From the NCBI RefSeq assembly GCF_963921235.1, contig NC_086107.1, forward strand, positions 102,922,001-102,986,000: 64,000 nt of DNA, given 5' to 3'. This DNA is from Mobula hypostoma (lineage: Eukaryota). The translations under genes were made by a program, and so were the position numbers. Below, in pieces: positions 51,735 to 63,300 of the stretch. Numbering within the stretch: the first letter of the stretch is position 1; the number at the start of each line of letters is the position of its first letter. Under the pieces are notes generated by a model that saw nothing but the letters and a program-made list of their open reading frames with translations, made no database searches and was not told the DNA's origin.

Positions 51735-52195
51735 ATAAGATATAGGAGCAGAGCTAGGCTGTTCGGCCCATCAAGTCTATCCCACCATTTCATCATGGTT
51801 GTTGCAATCTTCCTCTCAGCCCCAGTCTCCTGCCTTTTCCCCATATCCCTTCATGCCCTGACCAACCCAGAATCTATCAACTCTTAAATAAACATAAAGA
51901 CTTGGCCTCCACGGCTGCCTGTGGCAAAGAATCCCCCAGATTCTCCACTCTCTGGCTAAAGAAATTCCTCCTCATTTCCATCCTAAAGGGGTGCCCCTCT
52001 ATTCTGAGGCTGTGTCCTCTGGTCTTAGACTCTCCCATCATAGGAAACATCCTCTCCATATTGACTCTATCAAGGCCTTTCACCATTCGATAGATTTCAA
52101 TGAGGCCACCCCTCATTCTTCTGGATTCTGGTGAATACAGGCCCAGAGCCATCAAATGCTCTTCATATGTCAAACTGTTCAAACCTGGAATCGTC
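51735..52195 (-). mobile_element. CR1 LINE 3' end
   Basis: ORF 51877-52197 ALGLYSPESRRMRGGLIEIY...TRGHSLRI. Confidence 0.88.
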
Positions 52196-52243
52196 ATGCT
52201 ATTTTGGAAAAATGTGTAGTTCCTTTATTACCATGGTCTAAAT

Positions 52244-52816
52244 CAATGGTCCCCAACCTCCGGGCCGCGGACTGATACATTGCTGCGAAGAATGCCTGGC
52301 ACGTAATTAATTAGCTTGTTTATTTTGGCTTTTTTAAAAAAAGATGTGCTGGGTGCGTTCTGATTACTGCTGCACCACTGCATCCTTCTAGGGTCTTAGG
52401 GTCTTCATTGAAAGCCTCAATACGGTGGTTGTGCAGAGGATGTTTCCTATCTGGGAGAATCTAAGACCAGTGGAGGCAGCTCAGAGTAGAAGGGCATCCT
52501 TTCAGAATGGAGTTGGAGAGGAGGAATGGCCTCATTAGACAGAGACTGATTAATCTGTGGAATTCGTTAGCACAGGTGGTTGTGGAGGCCAAGTTATTGG
52601 TTGTATTTAAGGCAGAGATTGATAGATTCTTGATTAGTCTGGGCATGAAGGGATACAGGGAGAAGGAAGGAGATGGTGGGCTGAGAGGGGAAATGGATTG
52701 GCCATGATGAAATGGCGGAGCAGACTCGATGGGCCAAATAGCCTAATTCTTTTCCTATATCTTATGGTCCTTCGCGGCGATGTATCGGTCCGCGGCCCGG
52801 AGGTTGTGGACCACTA
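52244..52816. mobile_element. hAT (Charlie-like) MITE containing a nested CR1 3' fragment (~52390-52770)
   Basis: ~47-bp TIRs caatggtccccaacctccgggccgcggac.. / ..gtccgcggcccggaggttgtggaccacta; 8-bp TSD gtctaaat / gtttaaat. Confidence 0.88.
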
Positions 52817-53639
52817 GTTTAAATCATGGATCTCACAATCAACAGGGGTAGTGGGGGGCACCTTGAACCAGGCAACAACAGGCTGGAGAGGCACGGTTAG
52901 CATCGCGCCTTGCAGTGCCAGTAACTGGAGTTCAAATCCCGTCGCTGCCTGTGGGGAGTTTGCACGTTCTGCCCGTGACCGCGTGGGTTTCCTCCAGGGG
53001 CTCGGGCTTCCCCCCACAGTCCAAAGATGTAGGTTGATTAGTCACATGGGTGTAATTGGGCAGTGCGTGCCCTTTCGGCCGAAAGGGCCTGTTACTGAGC
53101 TGTATCTCCAAATAAGGGGCTCGTCATTCTTTTCTCAAGGGCAGCAAACGCTGGTATCATCAGCAACACTCACATCCCGAAAAAAGAAGTTTTTGATAAT
53201 CCAGAGAAGAATTGGCGCAAGGACATTTCCCCCCACATGGGACAATCTAGAATTAAGCTGAATCATTTCAGAAGAAGGCTGTCCCTCCTGGAGACGAGGA
53301 AGATTTTTTTTCCTCTCTCAATGGGTTACTTATTTTTGAAACTTTTGCCAGAGAACTTTGAAATCCAACTTGTCGTTGCCAAGTCATTACATACGTTCTA
53401 AATATTGGGAAATTGATCGACATGGGAGAGGGTGGGAAAATGGAGCTGAGAACGAGATCAGAGCAGCCAAGATCTTATTGAAAGCCAAAAGAAATTTTAG
53501 GGGGGCACGTGGCTACTCCTACCCCTTCGTCTGTTAATAAAATGATGGGTTTGATTGTGGAAACTGCTTGCTATCAGTAAGGACACTAAATTCACCAGGA
53601 CTCTGGCATTTTTGCGGTATTTTTGGGAGGGGATGTTTG

Positions 53640-53995
53640 ATGTTGCAAGGGAGCAGAGGTTTGAGATCAAGGGCTTCCCTTCTCCTAGATGAGCTGCCAA
53701 CCGCGGCTGACTAGACCCATCTGCCCGTTCATGGGGAAGGCTTTGGGAGCAAGCCCGAAGGAAAATTCTGGAACTGGAGTCCCTAAGGCAGTCCTACGTT
53801 GAGTTCAGTGCTGGCCAGCAACTCTTGTGACGTCGCTGGTGCCGAACTGTACCAGTCTCAGCCGTTGCTTTGGAATCATCAGCTGTGCGGAGAGGGTGGG
53901 CCTACTGCAATGGCAGTGGCTTGCTCCCCATATTGTCTGGCTCTGGCTTGCGTACTAACTTGCATTGGACAACCTTGGCCAACGGAGGCCTCAGT
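53640..53995 (+). mobile_element. RTE-like element copy with 5' inversion
   Basis: 53640-53728 is the reverse complement of 28168-28248; the remainder is colinear with 28258-28540. Confidence 0.65.
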
Positions 53996-54732
53996 CTCCC
54001 TCTGTTTGATGTCAGCCATCCCAGCCTGACCATTTGTTAATGGCCATGGGTATAGGCTTGGTCTTGCACAGTATTCTCCTAACTCACATAGCCTTTAAAC
54101 GTTAAGACTGCTGATGATCTAATTTCCTGTGCTGTGATGGTGGAGTGCTAATTTCTTTTCTAACATGCTCCTGGGACAGGGCTGTTTCTGCCAAGCACAG
54201 CATTTAACGCACATCCATAATTGCACCTAAATTGAAGACCTTGCCTGGCCATTTAAGGGAACATTAAAAGCCAACCAAATTAGTGGGCCTGTGGTTACAT
54301 AAAAACCCGAAGTGGTAAAGATGAGAAATTTCCTTCTCTGAAGGACATTAGTGAACATCAATCTGGTGATTTCTAATTTAAAAAATCAAATTTAACACAA
54401 AAGATGTGAAGTGGTACATTTCAGTAGGAAAAGTAGAGGAAAGGCAAGAGAAATAGGGCTCACTTCTAAAAGGAGAAGAGGAATATAGAGATCTGGGGAT
54501 TTCTGTGCACAAAGTAAGGGGCAGGGCAGATTGAGAAACCATATGGGATCCTGGGCATTTTCAAACAGCAATGAAGAGCATTTTTTAAGATACTGGGTTT
54601 AGCCACAGATGGACTGAGTGCCACACTTTAGGAAAGGCACAGAGGCCTTAAAGATTTTTACTAGACTGATAGAGAAGCATAAACTGCAAGTGCTGGAAAT
54701 CCCCCCAAAAAAAAGGCTATGTAAAGGAATCA

Positions 54733-54952
54733 CACGCAAGAGAAAATCTGTAGACGCTTGAAATTCGAACAACACTCACAAAATGCTGGAGGAACTCAGC
54801 AGACCAGGCAGCATCCCAGCCCTACTGAAGGGTCTCTACCCAAGACTCCGACTCTTTATTCATCTCCATAGATGCTGCCTGACCTGTTGAGTTCCACCCG
54901 CATTTTGCAGGTGTTACTCTGGACTTCCAGCGTCTGCAGAATCTCTCGTGTT
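54733..54952. mobile_element. Old inverted-pLTR mini-insertion
   Basis: Opposed pLTR arms with a decayed hammerhead near 54820. Confidence 0.65.
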
Positions 54953-55335
54953 AACGCTGGAAATATTCAGGTCAGGCGGCACCTGTGGGGAGGAGGTTCA
55001 CTGACAGACATATATTTTTTAAGTCTCTCCGAGTACTTTTAGCCTATCTTGTTTCTGATTTACTTATGAGAATGACAAAGAAATTTAATTATGTGGCTTG
55101 AATGGAGAAGCCAGTGTCACTCTGCTTGGGAAAAGAAGACGGAGGGTGATGAGTTGGAGATCTTCCAAACCATGAAGTGTTTAGATTACTGACAGAGAGA
55201 TCTTCTTCCCCGAGAGTTGATCATCAACCAGACGATATAGAATGAGGTCAACTGCCAGAGTTGTTGCTGATTGCTAAACTCCCTGCTCTGAGGAGAGGGA
55301 TGAGCTGGATTGATCAGCCAAACCCTGAATTCTAC

Positions 55336-55420
55336 ATACAATATTGTGCAAAAGTCATACCTGTCATGTACACGCGCATATATGTAGTGGGGGTGCCCAA
55401 GACTTTTGCACAATGCTGTA
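55336..55420. mobile_element. Tc1-type mini-MITE
   Basis: tacaatattgtgcaaaagtc / gacttttgcacaatgctgta. A similar truncated copy lies at 55793-55848. Confidence 0.6.
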
Positions 55421-55909
55421 TTTGTCATCGTGGAGAGGAGAGTGAGCTGGCAGGAGTAGAGGATTCTGGGTACGGTGAGGATGGAGCACCACGGGAGGGG
55501 TGTGGGACGGGTGGCAGAGAAGGAGTGCCGGGAGCAGGTGATGGCATGGGTGCAGATACACCCAGCCCCAGGACACCAGGCAAGGCCATTTGATTCCAAA
55601 TAATTGGATTAGTGATCATTACAGAATGTCTCTCTGGTACTTCCCTCTCTCTTCCCCTTTTCCCAACCACAATTCCCCTCTCCCTGCTCCCTTCCCAATC
55701 TCAGTCCATAACAGAGACCCATATCATCACTCACACGTCATGAAATTTGCTTTTCTTTTGCGACAGCAGTACAGTGCAATACATAAAATTACTACAGCAC
55801 TGGGCAAAAGTCTTAGGTAACCTAGCTATATATATGTGCCTAAGACTGTACATTCTGTCAAAGTTGCTGGTAAAAGCAGCAGGCCAGGCAGCATCTCTAG
55901 GAAGAGGTA

Positions 55910-55947
55910 CAGTTGACGTTTCGGGCCGAGACCCTTCATCAGGACTA
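55910..55947 (-). ncRNA. Minimal hammerhead ribozyme motif
   Basis: Minus strand TAGTC-CTGATGA-AGGGTCTCGGCCC-GAAAC-GTC-AACTG (one helix-I mismatch). Confidence 0.7.
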
Positions 55948-56245
55948 ACTGAAGGAAGAGCTAGTAAGAGATTTGAAAGTGGGAGGCGGAGGGGGAGATC
56001 CAAAATGATAGGAGAAGACTGGAGAGGGAGGGATGGAGCCAAGAACTGGACAGGTGATTGGCAAAAGGGATACGAGAGGATCATGGGATAGGAGGCCCAG
56101 GGAGAAGGAAAAGGGGGAGGGGGGGAAAACCCAGAGGATGGGCAAGGGGTATAGTCAGAGGAACAGAGGGAGAAAAAGGAGAGAGAGATAAAGAATGTGT
56201 GTATATAAATAAATAACGGATGGGGTACGAGGTGGAGGTGGGGTA

Positions 56246-57824
56246 TTAGCGGAAGTTAGAGAAGTCAGCGTTCATGCCATCAGGTTGGAGGCCACCCAGA
56301 CGGAATATAAGGTGTTGTTCCTCCAACTTGAGTGTGGCTTCATCTTTACAGTAGAGGAGGCCGTGGATAGACATATCAGAATGGGAATGGGATGTGGAAT
56401 TAAAATGTGTGGCCACTGGGAGATTCTGCTTTCTCTAGCGGACAGAGCGTAGGTGTTCAGCAAAACGATCTCCCAGTCTGCATCGGGTCTCGCTAATATA
56501 TAGGAGGCCATATCGGGAGCACCGGACGCAGTATATCACCCCAGCCGACTCACAGGTGAAGTGTTGCCTCACCTGGAAGGACTGACTGGGGCCCTAAATG
56601 GTGGTAAGGGAGGAAGTGTAAGGGCATGTGTAGCACTTGTTCGGCTTACAAGGATAACTGCCAGGAGGGAGATCAGTGGGGAGGGATGGTGGGGATGAAT
56701 GGACAAGGGAGTCGCGTAGGGAGCGATCCCAGCAGAAAGCCAGGGGGAGGGAAAAATGTGCTTAGTGGTGGGATCCCGTTGGAGGTGGCGGAAGTTACGG
56801 AGAATAATATGTTGGACCCTGAGGCTGGTGGGGTGGTAGGTGAGGACCAGGGGAACCCTATTCCTAGTGGGGTGACGGGAAGATGGAGTGAGATCAGATG
56901 TACGTGAAATGGGGGAGATGCGTTTGAGAGCAGAGTTAATGGTGGAGGAAGGGAAGCCCCTTTCTTTAAAAAAGGAGAACATCTCCCTTGTCCTGGAATG
57001 AAAAGCCTCATCCTGAGAGCAGATGTGGCGGAGATGGAGGAATTGCGAGAAGGGGATGGCATTTTTGCAAGAGACAGGGTAAGAAGGGGAATAGTCCAGA
57101 TAGCTGTGAAAGTCTGTAGGCTTATAGTAGACATCAGTAGATAAGCTGTCTTCAGAGATAGAGACAGAAAGATCTAGAAAGGGGAGGGAGGTGTCGGAAA
57201 TGGACCAGGTAAACTTGAGGGCAGGATGATAGTTGGAGGCAAAGTTAATGAAGTCAACGAGCTCAGTATGCGTGCAGGAAGAAGTGCCATTGCAGTCGTC
57301 GATGTAGCGAAGGAAAAGTGGGGGACAGATACCAGTATAGGTTTGGAACATAGATTGTTCCACAAAGCCAACAAAAAGGCAGGCATAGCTCGGACCCATG
57401 TGGGTGCCCATAGCTACACCTTTAGTTTGGAGGAAGTGGGAGGAGCCAAAGGAGAAATTATTAAGAGTAGGGACTAATTCCGCTAGACAGAGCAGAGTGG
57501 TGGTAGAGGGGAACTGATTAGGTCTGGAATCCAAAAAGAAGCGGAGAGCTTCTGATGGGGGATGGAAGTATATAGGGACTGGACATCCATGGTGAAAATA
57601 AAGTGGTGGGGGCCAGGGAACTTAAAATCATCGAAAAGTTTAAGAGCGTGGGAAGTGTTACGAACATAGGTAGGAAGGGATTGAACAAGGGGGGATAAAA
57701 CTGTGTCGAGGTATGCAGAAATGAGTTCGGTGGGGCAGGAGCAAGCTGAGACAATAGGTCTGCCAGGACAGGCAGGTTTGTGGATCTTGGGTAGGAGGTA
57801 GAAACGGGAAGTGCGAGGTGCGGG
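56246..57824 (-). pseudogene. Frameshifted PLE reverse transcriptase / GIY-YIG endonuclease
   Basis: FYLLPKIHK..GRPIVS; TMDVQSLYTSIPH; QTKGVAMGTHMGPSYACLFVG; FLRYIDDC; FLDL..TDVYYKPTD. Confidence 0.93.
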
Positions 57825-58018
57825 CATCCTCTGGGTTTTTCCCCCCCTCCCCCTTTTCCTTCTCCCTGGGCCTCCTGTCCCATGATCCTCTCATATCCCC
57901 TTTGTCAATCACCTGTCCAGCTCTTGGCTCCATCCCTCCCCCTCCTGTCTTCTCCTATCATTTTGGATCTCCCTCTCCCCCTCCCACTTTCAAATCTCTT
58001 ACTAGCTCTTCTTTCAGT

Positions 58019-58056
58019 TAGTCCTGACGAAGGGTCTCGGCCCGAAACGTCGACTG
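58019..58056 (+). ncRNA. Minimal type-I hammerhead ribozyme motif, best-preserved copy
   Basis: TAGTC-CTGACGA-A-GGGT(CTCG)GCCC-GAAAC-GTC-GACTG; helix I AGTC/GACT; predicted cleavage after 58051. Confidence 0.82.
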
Positions 58057-60326
58057 TACCTCTTCCTAGAGATGCTATCTGGCCTGCTGCATTCACCAGC
58101 AACTTTGATGTGTGTTGCTTGAATTTCCAGCAGCTGCAGAATTCCTCGTGTTTACTGTACATTCTGTGCCTCAGACTTGGACGTACAGTTATCTTTCATC
58201 CACTGATATGGTGAAAGGTTGAGGCCCCAGGCCAGCTTAATGGAGAACACAGTTCATCAGTCCAATTGTGAAACATTAGCAAAGCCAATCCAGATAACAA
58301 TTCCTTATCCACCATGTTAATAATTTAGTAATGCAGTTCCTTTAAGAGTTAATTAAAACTCACAGTTCAATCTTTTCAAGTCATGCTGGCACTTGCAGTC
58401 ATCACAGGCAGGAGCATGTAGGAAAAAGAATCGTTTATTAAAAAATAAATGAAAAGGGAACAATATCGTTCAATAATTAAAACATTCCAACAGTCTTCAA
58501 CTATAAATGAAGGTGGGGACTCTTCACTCAAAATTGCTGATCATGCAATCAATCATTCATGTGTTGCTCAGAATCTTTTAACTTTATCGTGGCAGGATGA
58601 ACTAGTTACAAGGAGCAGCAATCAGAGAGTGACAATTTCTCACATCCCCAAAATACCAGGATTAGAAACAAATTCTAAAGGAAACTTCCCTGTTTAAGTA
58701 ACTTCTGTTCTGTATCTTACTCTGGATCACATTTCCTTCAAATGAGCAAAGTATAATTTACTTTCTTGAAATTAAAACAAAACAGAGAAAGAGGAACAAG
58801 ATTAAATGCAGACTTGTAGCTTCCAATAATTTACCAAATTTGAAGAGTTGTCAGGGTGAGGTTCTATACTGAACTATGACCACTACTTTCTGGAAATAAC
58901 CTAAATCCTTTTTCTTCCAAAGAGACCCATCAGCAAATTTGCCCTAATGGCACTTAATTCTGCACCGAACCAGGAAATGAGATGTTGAGGTCATTCACCA
59001 GTATGGCATCAGGAAGAGGAACAAGCTTGGAGCCAAAGTAAAGCACAGATTTAAAAACCCTCTCTTCCTCTAGTTCTCTGCATAGGAAGCAAGACACTCT
59101 GTGGTAGAGTGAGCATTATATAGGGCGAGGGATTACTGGAGGAAGAGATGCTTTAAATCTCAAGGATGTTACTCATCAGTATGTTTTTACTTGACTTGAC
59201 TAAGAATTCTTAATTAATAAGCCATGTCATGACCAAATGATTTGCCCCAGTAAAGCATTAAACCAGGGAAATACAACTAATACTCCACCAGCTGTTTCAG
59301 AAACTAAAATACTTTGCTTAGGTGTTTTAAACTGGAGAGGCACAGTACACACTGGATTATCTTCATCTTATGGAGTAGTGGTTCTCTCGATGTTAAACAT
59401 CACATTTCAAGTCTGATACTTTCCTTCAATATTGGTCAAAAAGGTGGCAATGTTGTCCACAGATGTTAAGACTGCACTTTTCACCCAGAACAATGCTGAC
59501 ACACTCGCATAGTGCAAAGCTCACGTGAGCGAGGGTCGTTGCATCCAAAGCTCATCCCTCTGGTAACTCCTCCATAACAGCACCTAGCTGCAGCTGGAAT
59601 ATCCCAAACATTTTTGCACAGACTGGCTTGCCAGGGAATGTATTGGGGAGAAGAATGAAGCTTAGACATCTACCTTTGGAATGCTACTTGACCATGTGCT
59701 GAATGAAACTAAATTTCAAGGGAGTGTCGTCCTGTCTCAGCACACACATTTCCATCAATTATTAAAGCAGAAGGTGGCTACCCAGAGTTTTATTCTCATT
59801 GGTGGTGCACCTCAACCAAACTTTGACTCAACTTTGGACTTTGTACAGGCCAAACAGCCTGGTGACCCAATGGACAATGGATATTTTTGCAACTGCATGA
59901 GTAGAAATCTTATGGCAAGAGAAACACAAAAAGTATTTGCAGAATGTGGTCAGCTAACTGTTTGGAAGGGGGTTCCTGAAAGTAAATGTTTGGCGGGCTG
60001 CCTAGCAGACAGTTCTATCACACCACAAGTCACAGCTCAAGGGTAATTCATGAATAGAGATCAATCCAAATATGAAATCCAAGATAAAAATTAAACACCC
60101 AACCATCTGTCCAGAGTGAAATAATAGGGAGAGGAGGAGGAAGCAGTCATCTGCTTCTGGTACATAAATGTGAAACAGAGAGTAAATTATTAACAGCTAC
60201 TGATTCAAAATCTCCAGTTACTAATCTCGCATCTTATTCAAGATTGCAAAAGTGTTACCCAACTGGCGATTGTAGCTTGTTCCTGCTCAGGAAGAGACCT
60301 CAAAGTTCCATTGACTGAAATACATT

Positions 60327-63300
60327 TGTAGGTTTTTGCAAATAAAACAAAGTGAGGTGTTTTATGCTTAATAAAAACCCATAACACATTTTATTGAACT
60401 CCAAAACCCAAACACAAAAGTGTGCTAAAAATCTTCATGTAATAACGTCATCATGTCAAACCAGCCTCTTAAATTGAAACCCCAACTCAATATCGGTGGT
60501 TATGAATTACCATAAGACATAAGAGCAGAATTAGGCCATTCAGCCCATCCAGTCTGCTCTGCCATTCCATCATGGCTGATTCCGGATCCCACTCAAACCC
60601 ATACACCTGCCTTCTCGCCATATCCTTTGATGCCCTGACTGATCAGGAAACGATCAACTTCAGCCTTAAATATACACACGGACTTGGCCTACACCACAGT
60701 CTGTGGCAGAGCATTCCACAGATTCACTACTCTCTGGCTAAAAATATTCCTCCTTACCTCTGTTCTGAAGGGTCGCCCCTCAATTTTGAGGCTGTGCCCT
60801 CTAGTTCTGGATCCCCCCACCACAGGAAACATCCTCTCCACATCCACCCTATCTAGACCTTTCAACATTTGGTATGTTTCAATGAGATGCCCCTCCATTC
60901 TTCTAAATTTCAGTGAGTACAGGCCCAAAGCTGCCAAATGCTCCTCATATGTTAACCCCTTAATTCCCATAATCGTCCTCATGAACCTCCTCTGGACTCT
61001 CTCCTGTATGTACATTTCTCCCAATTATGTTACCCTACACAGGCCTTCCACAGAGTTCACTAAAACCGCACTGAGCCTGGCTCGGGTCCTGTGTTCCATG
61101 GATGGAGGAACTGCAGTTGCCTCTGGCTTGTCCAGAGGTGTGTTGATGTGCTCATGTCATGATAGCAGCGGAATACTCCAAATCTTGGTGGGTCAATTTA
61201 AGGCAGTCTACTGAAATACGTTCAGGTTTACTCCCGTCATCTATGATGGAAGTCTTTTCTCCCCCAGACCAAAACGCAGAACGGGCCATCGTAAGGGGGC
61301 TGAAGGGGATGTTGGTGTGCATCATGGCGGGTGAAAACAAACGAGACAGAACATAGGTCAACAGCAGCCAAAAGTGCCGTATCCCATGATGGAAGGTAGG
61401 AATAGTTGAAAAGGAATTTACTGTGGAGGGTGAAACACCGCTGAGAGGCTGACCAGGAGGTCAATGCATTGGAAATTAAATCACCTGGCACTCTGTATAC
61501 GGGCAGCTGTTACAACACAGCCACAGACGACTGCAGGTCTTCATTTGGAGCTGATCCGAGCCCCAGCAGGATCCATGGGAGACGATCACGCCAACACTCA
61601 TCAGTCATAGGAGCCCTCGGAGCAGCCTTTAAGGAGTGGTGAGACCACTCGCAGAGGCCATCGGACTGCAGGTGATATGTCGTGGTGGGATCTAGCTGAT
61701 GTTCTTGGCCATCGCAGCCCAGAAGTCTGAAATGAACTGGGGACCGCAGTCAGAGAAAATATCAGATGGCATGCAAAACCGAGCAACCCAGGTGCTGATG
61801 AACGCCTGAGTCACATCTGCGTTGCTAAAAGGACAACCCTTGGCCACCTGGTAGTATTGTACACCATGGTAAAGTGTGTGAAACTGCTGGGGGTGGGGGA
61901 ACATTGACACAGTCAAATCGTTGCTCAAGGACCTCAAAAGATGCCAACTGTGCCTGAACATGATGGTTAATTTTTTACCTGCTGGCACTCCACATAGGCT
62001 GCAGTTCAATCACACATGCCCTTTTGGAGGCCGTGCCAAATGAATTTTAGGGCAACCTGTTTTTGTGAGGCCTTTCAGCCCAGATGCGAGAGGCCACGTA
62101 CGGAGTTGAAAACAGACCGTTTCCAGGTTGTGGACATGATGAGGTGAGAGCGACTGGTTGAGACATCATATAGGAGAGAAACCCCAGCTTCCCTGAACTT
62201 AATGTCAGCCAACCGCAGGCCCGTAACTACGGTTTGGCAAGCCTGGACTTCTGGGTCAGTAGCTTGGTTGCCTGCATAGTCAATCCCTGCATGTATGGCC
62301 TCCATGGCTGGCTGTGAGAGGTAATCGGCCACAGATTATTTTTCCCTTTGATATATTGTATATCCGTTGTGAACTAGGTTATGTAGGCCAGGTGGCGGTG
62401 CTGCTATGAAGACCAAAGTTCTGATAATTTGGCTATTGCGTGCACGAGAGGTCTGTGTCCAACAAACGCTGCAAAATGGCCACTCTAGAGGAAAATGAAA
62501 GTGGCGGACAGCCAGATAGGGATCGAGAAGCTCACAATCAAACGTGCTGTACTTCCTTTTTGGGGGGTACAGAGCAGCCGGCTGAAGGCGGCGAGGGGCT
62601 GCCACGCACCTCTGACCAACTGTTTGTGCACAGAACCCACAGCACAGTCTGAGGCATCAGTAGTAATGGCTACGGATGTGTTGGGGAGTGGGAGCGCCAG
62701 TAGGGTCCTGTTAGAAAGAGCTTGTTTAGTATCACCGAATGCCTTGGTCGTATCCACTGATCGGTCAAGCACTTCATTAGAGGCATTGCCTTTAAGTGCA
62801 CTCTACAGTGGAAGCATAAGTTGAGCAGCTTGCAGAATGAAGCTTTAGTAGAAATTTATCACACCCAAAAATTCCTGTAGTTTTTTTTTGTAGTGAGGGG
62901 CGGTGGACATCCATAATAGCAGCTAATTTTGCTGAGAGGGGTTTCACACCTTCTGCAGAGATGCAATGGCCGAGAAAGTCAATGGTTGATAATCAAACTG
63001 GCACTTAAGAGTTAATAATCAACCCGTGTTGGCTTAAGTGCCCGAGAAGTCTGAGATGTGTTTGGATTTGGATGCACTGGCGACAAGTATGTTATCCGGG
63101 TAAACAAAAATAAAATCTAAGTCTTTTTAATACAGAATCCATCAGCTATTAGAAAGTCAGTGCTGCCTTTTTCAGTCCAAATGACATGCACAAAAACTCA
63201 AAAGGGCCAAATGGGGTTATCACAGCTGTTTTGGGAATATCCTCCAAGCACACATGGTAGCCCCTAATTAGATCGACTTTAGAAAAAATTAACTTTTTGG

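Larger units (their letters stand above)
55859..58153 (-). mobile_element. Largest PLE (Neptune-like): RT + GIY-YIG, ~280-bp inverted terminal arms, 14-bp TSD
   Basis: TSD actgtacattctgt at 55845-55858 and 58154-58167. Inverted arm 57825-58153. Confidence 0.95.

Noticed and set aside
58721..58764. Minus-strand 44-bp exon-like segment (pyrimidine tract-AG ... GTAAGA)
   Set aside because: Stop codons in all three frames; at most a non-coding exon, and unsupported.
59681..60046. 121-aa ORF in unique-looking DNA
   Set aside because: No recognisable domain or splice signals; consistent with chance.
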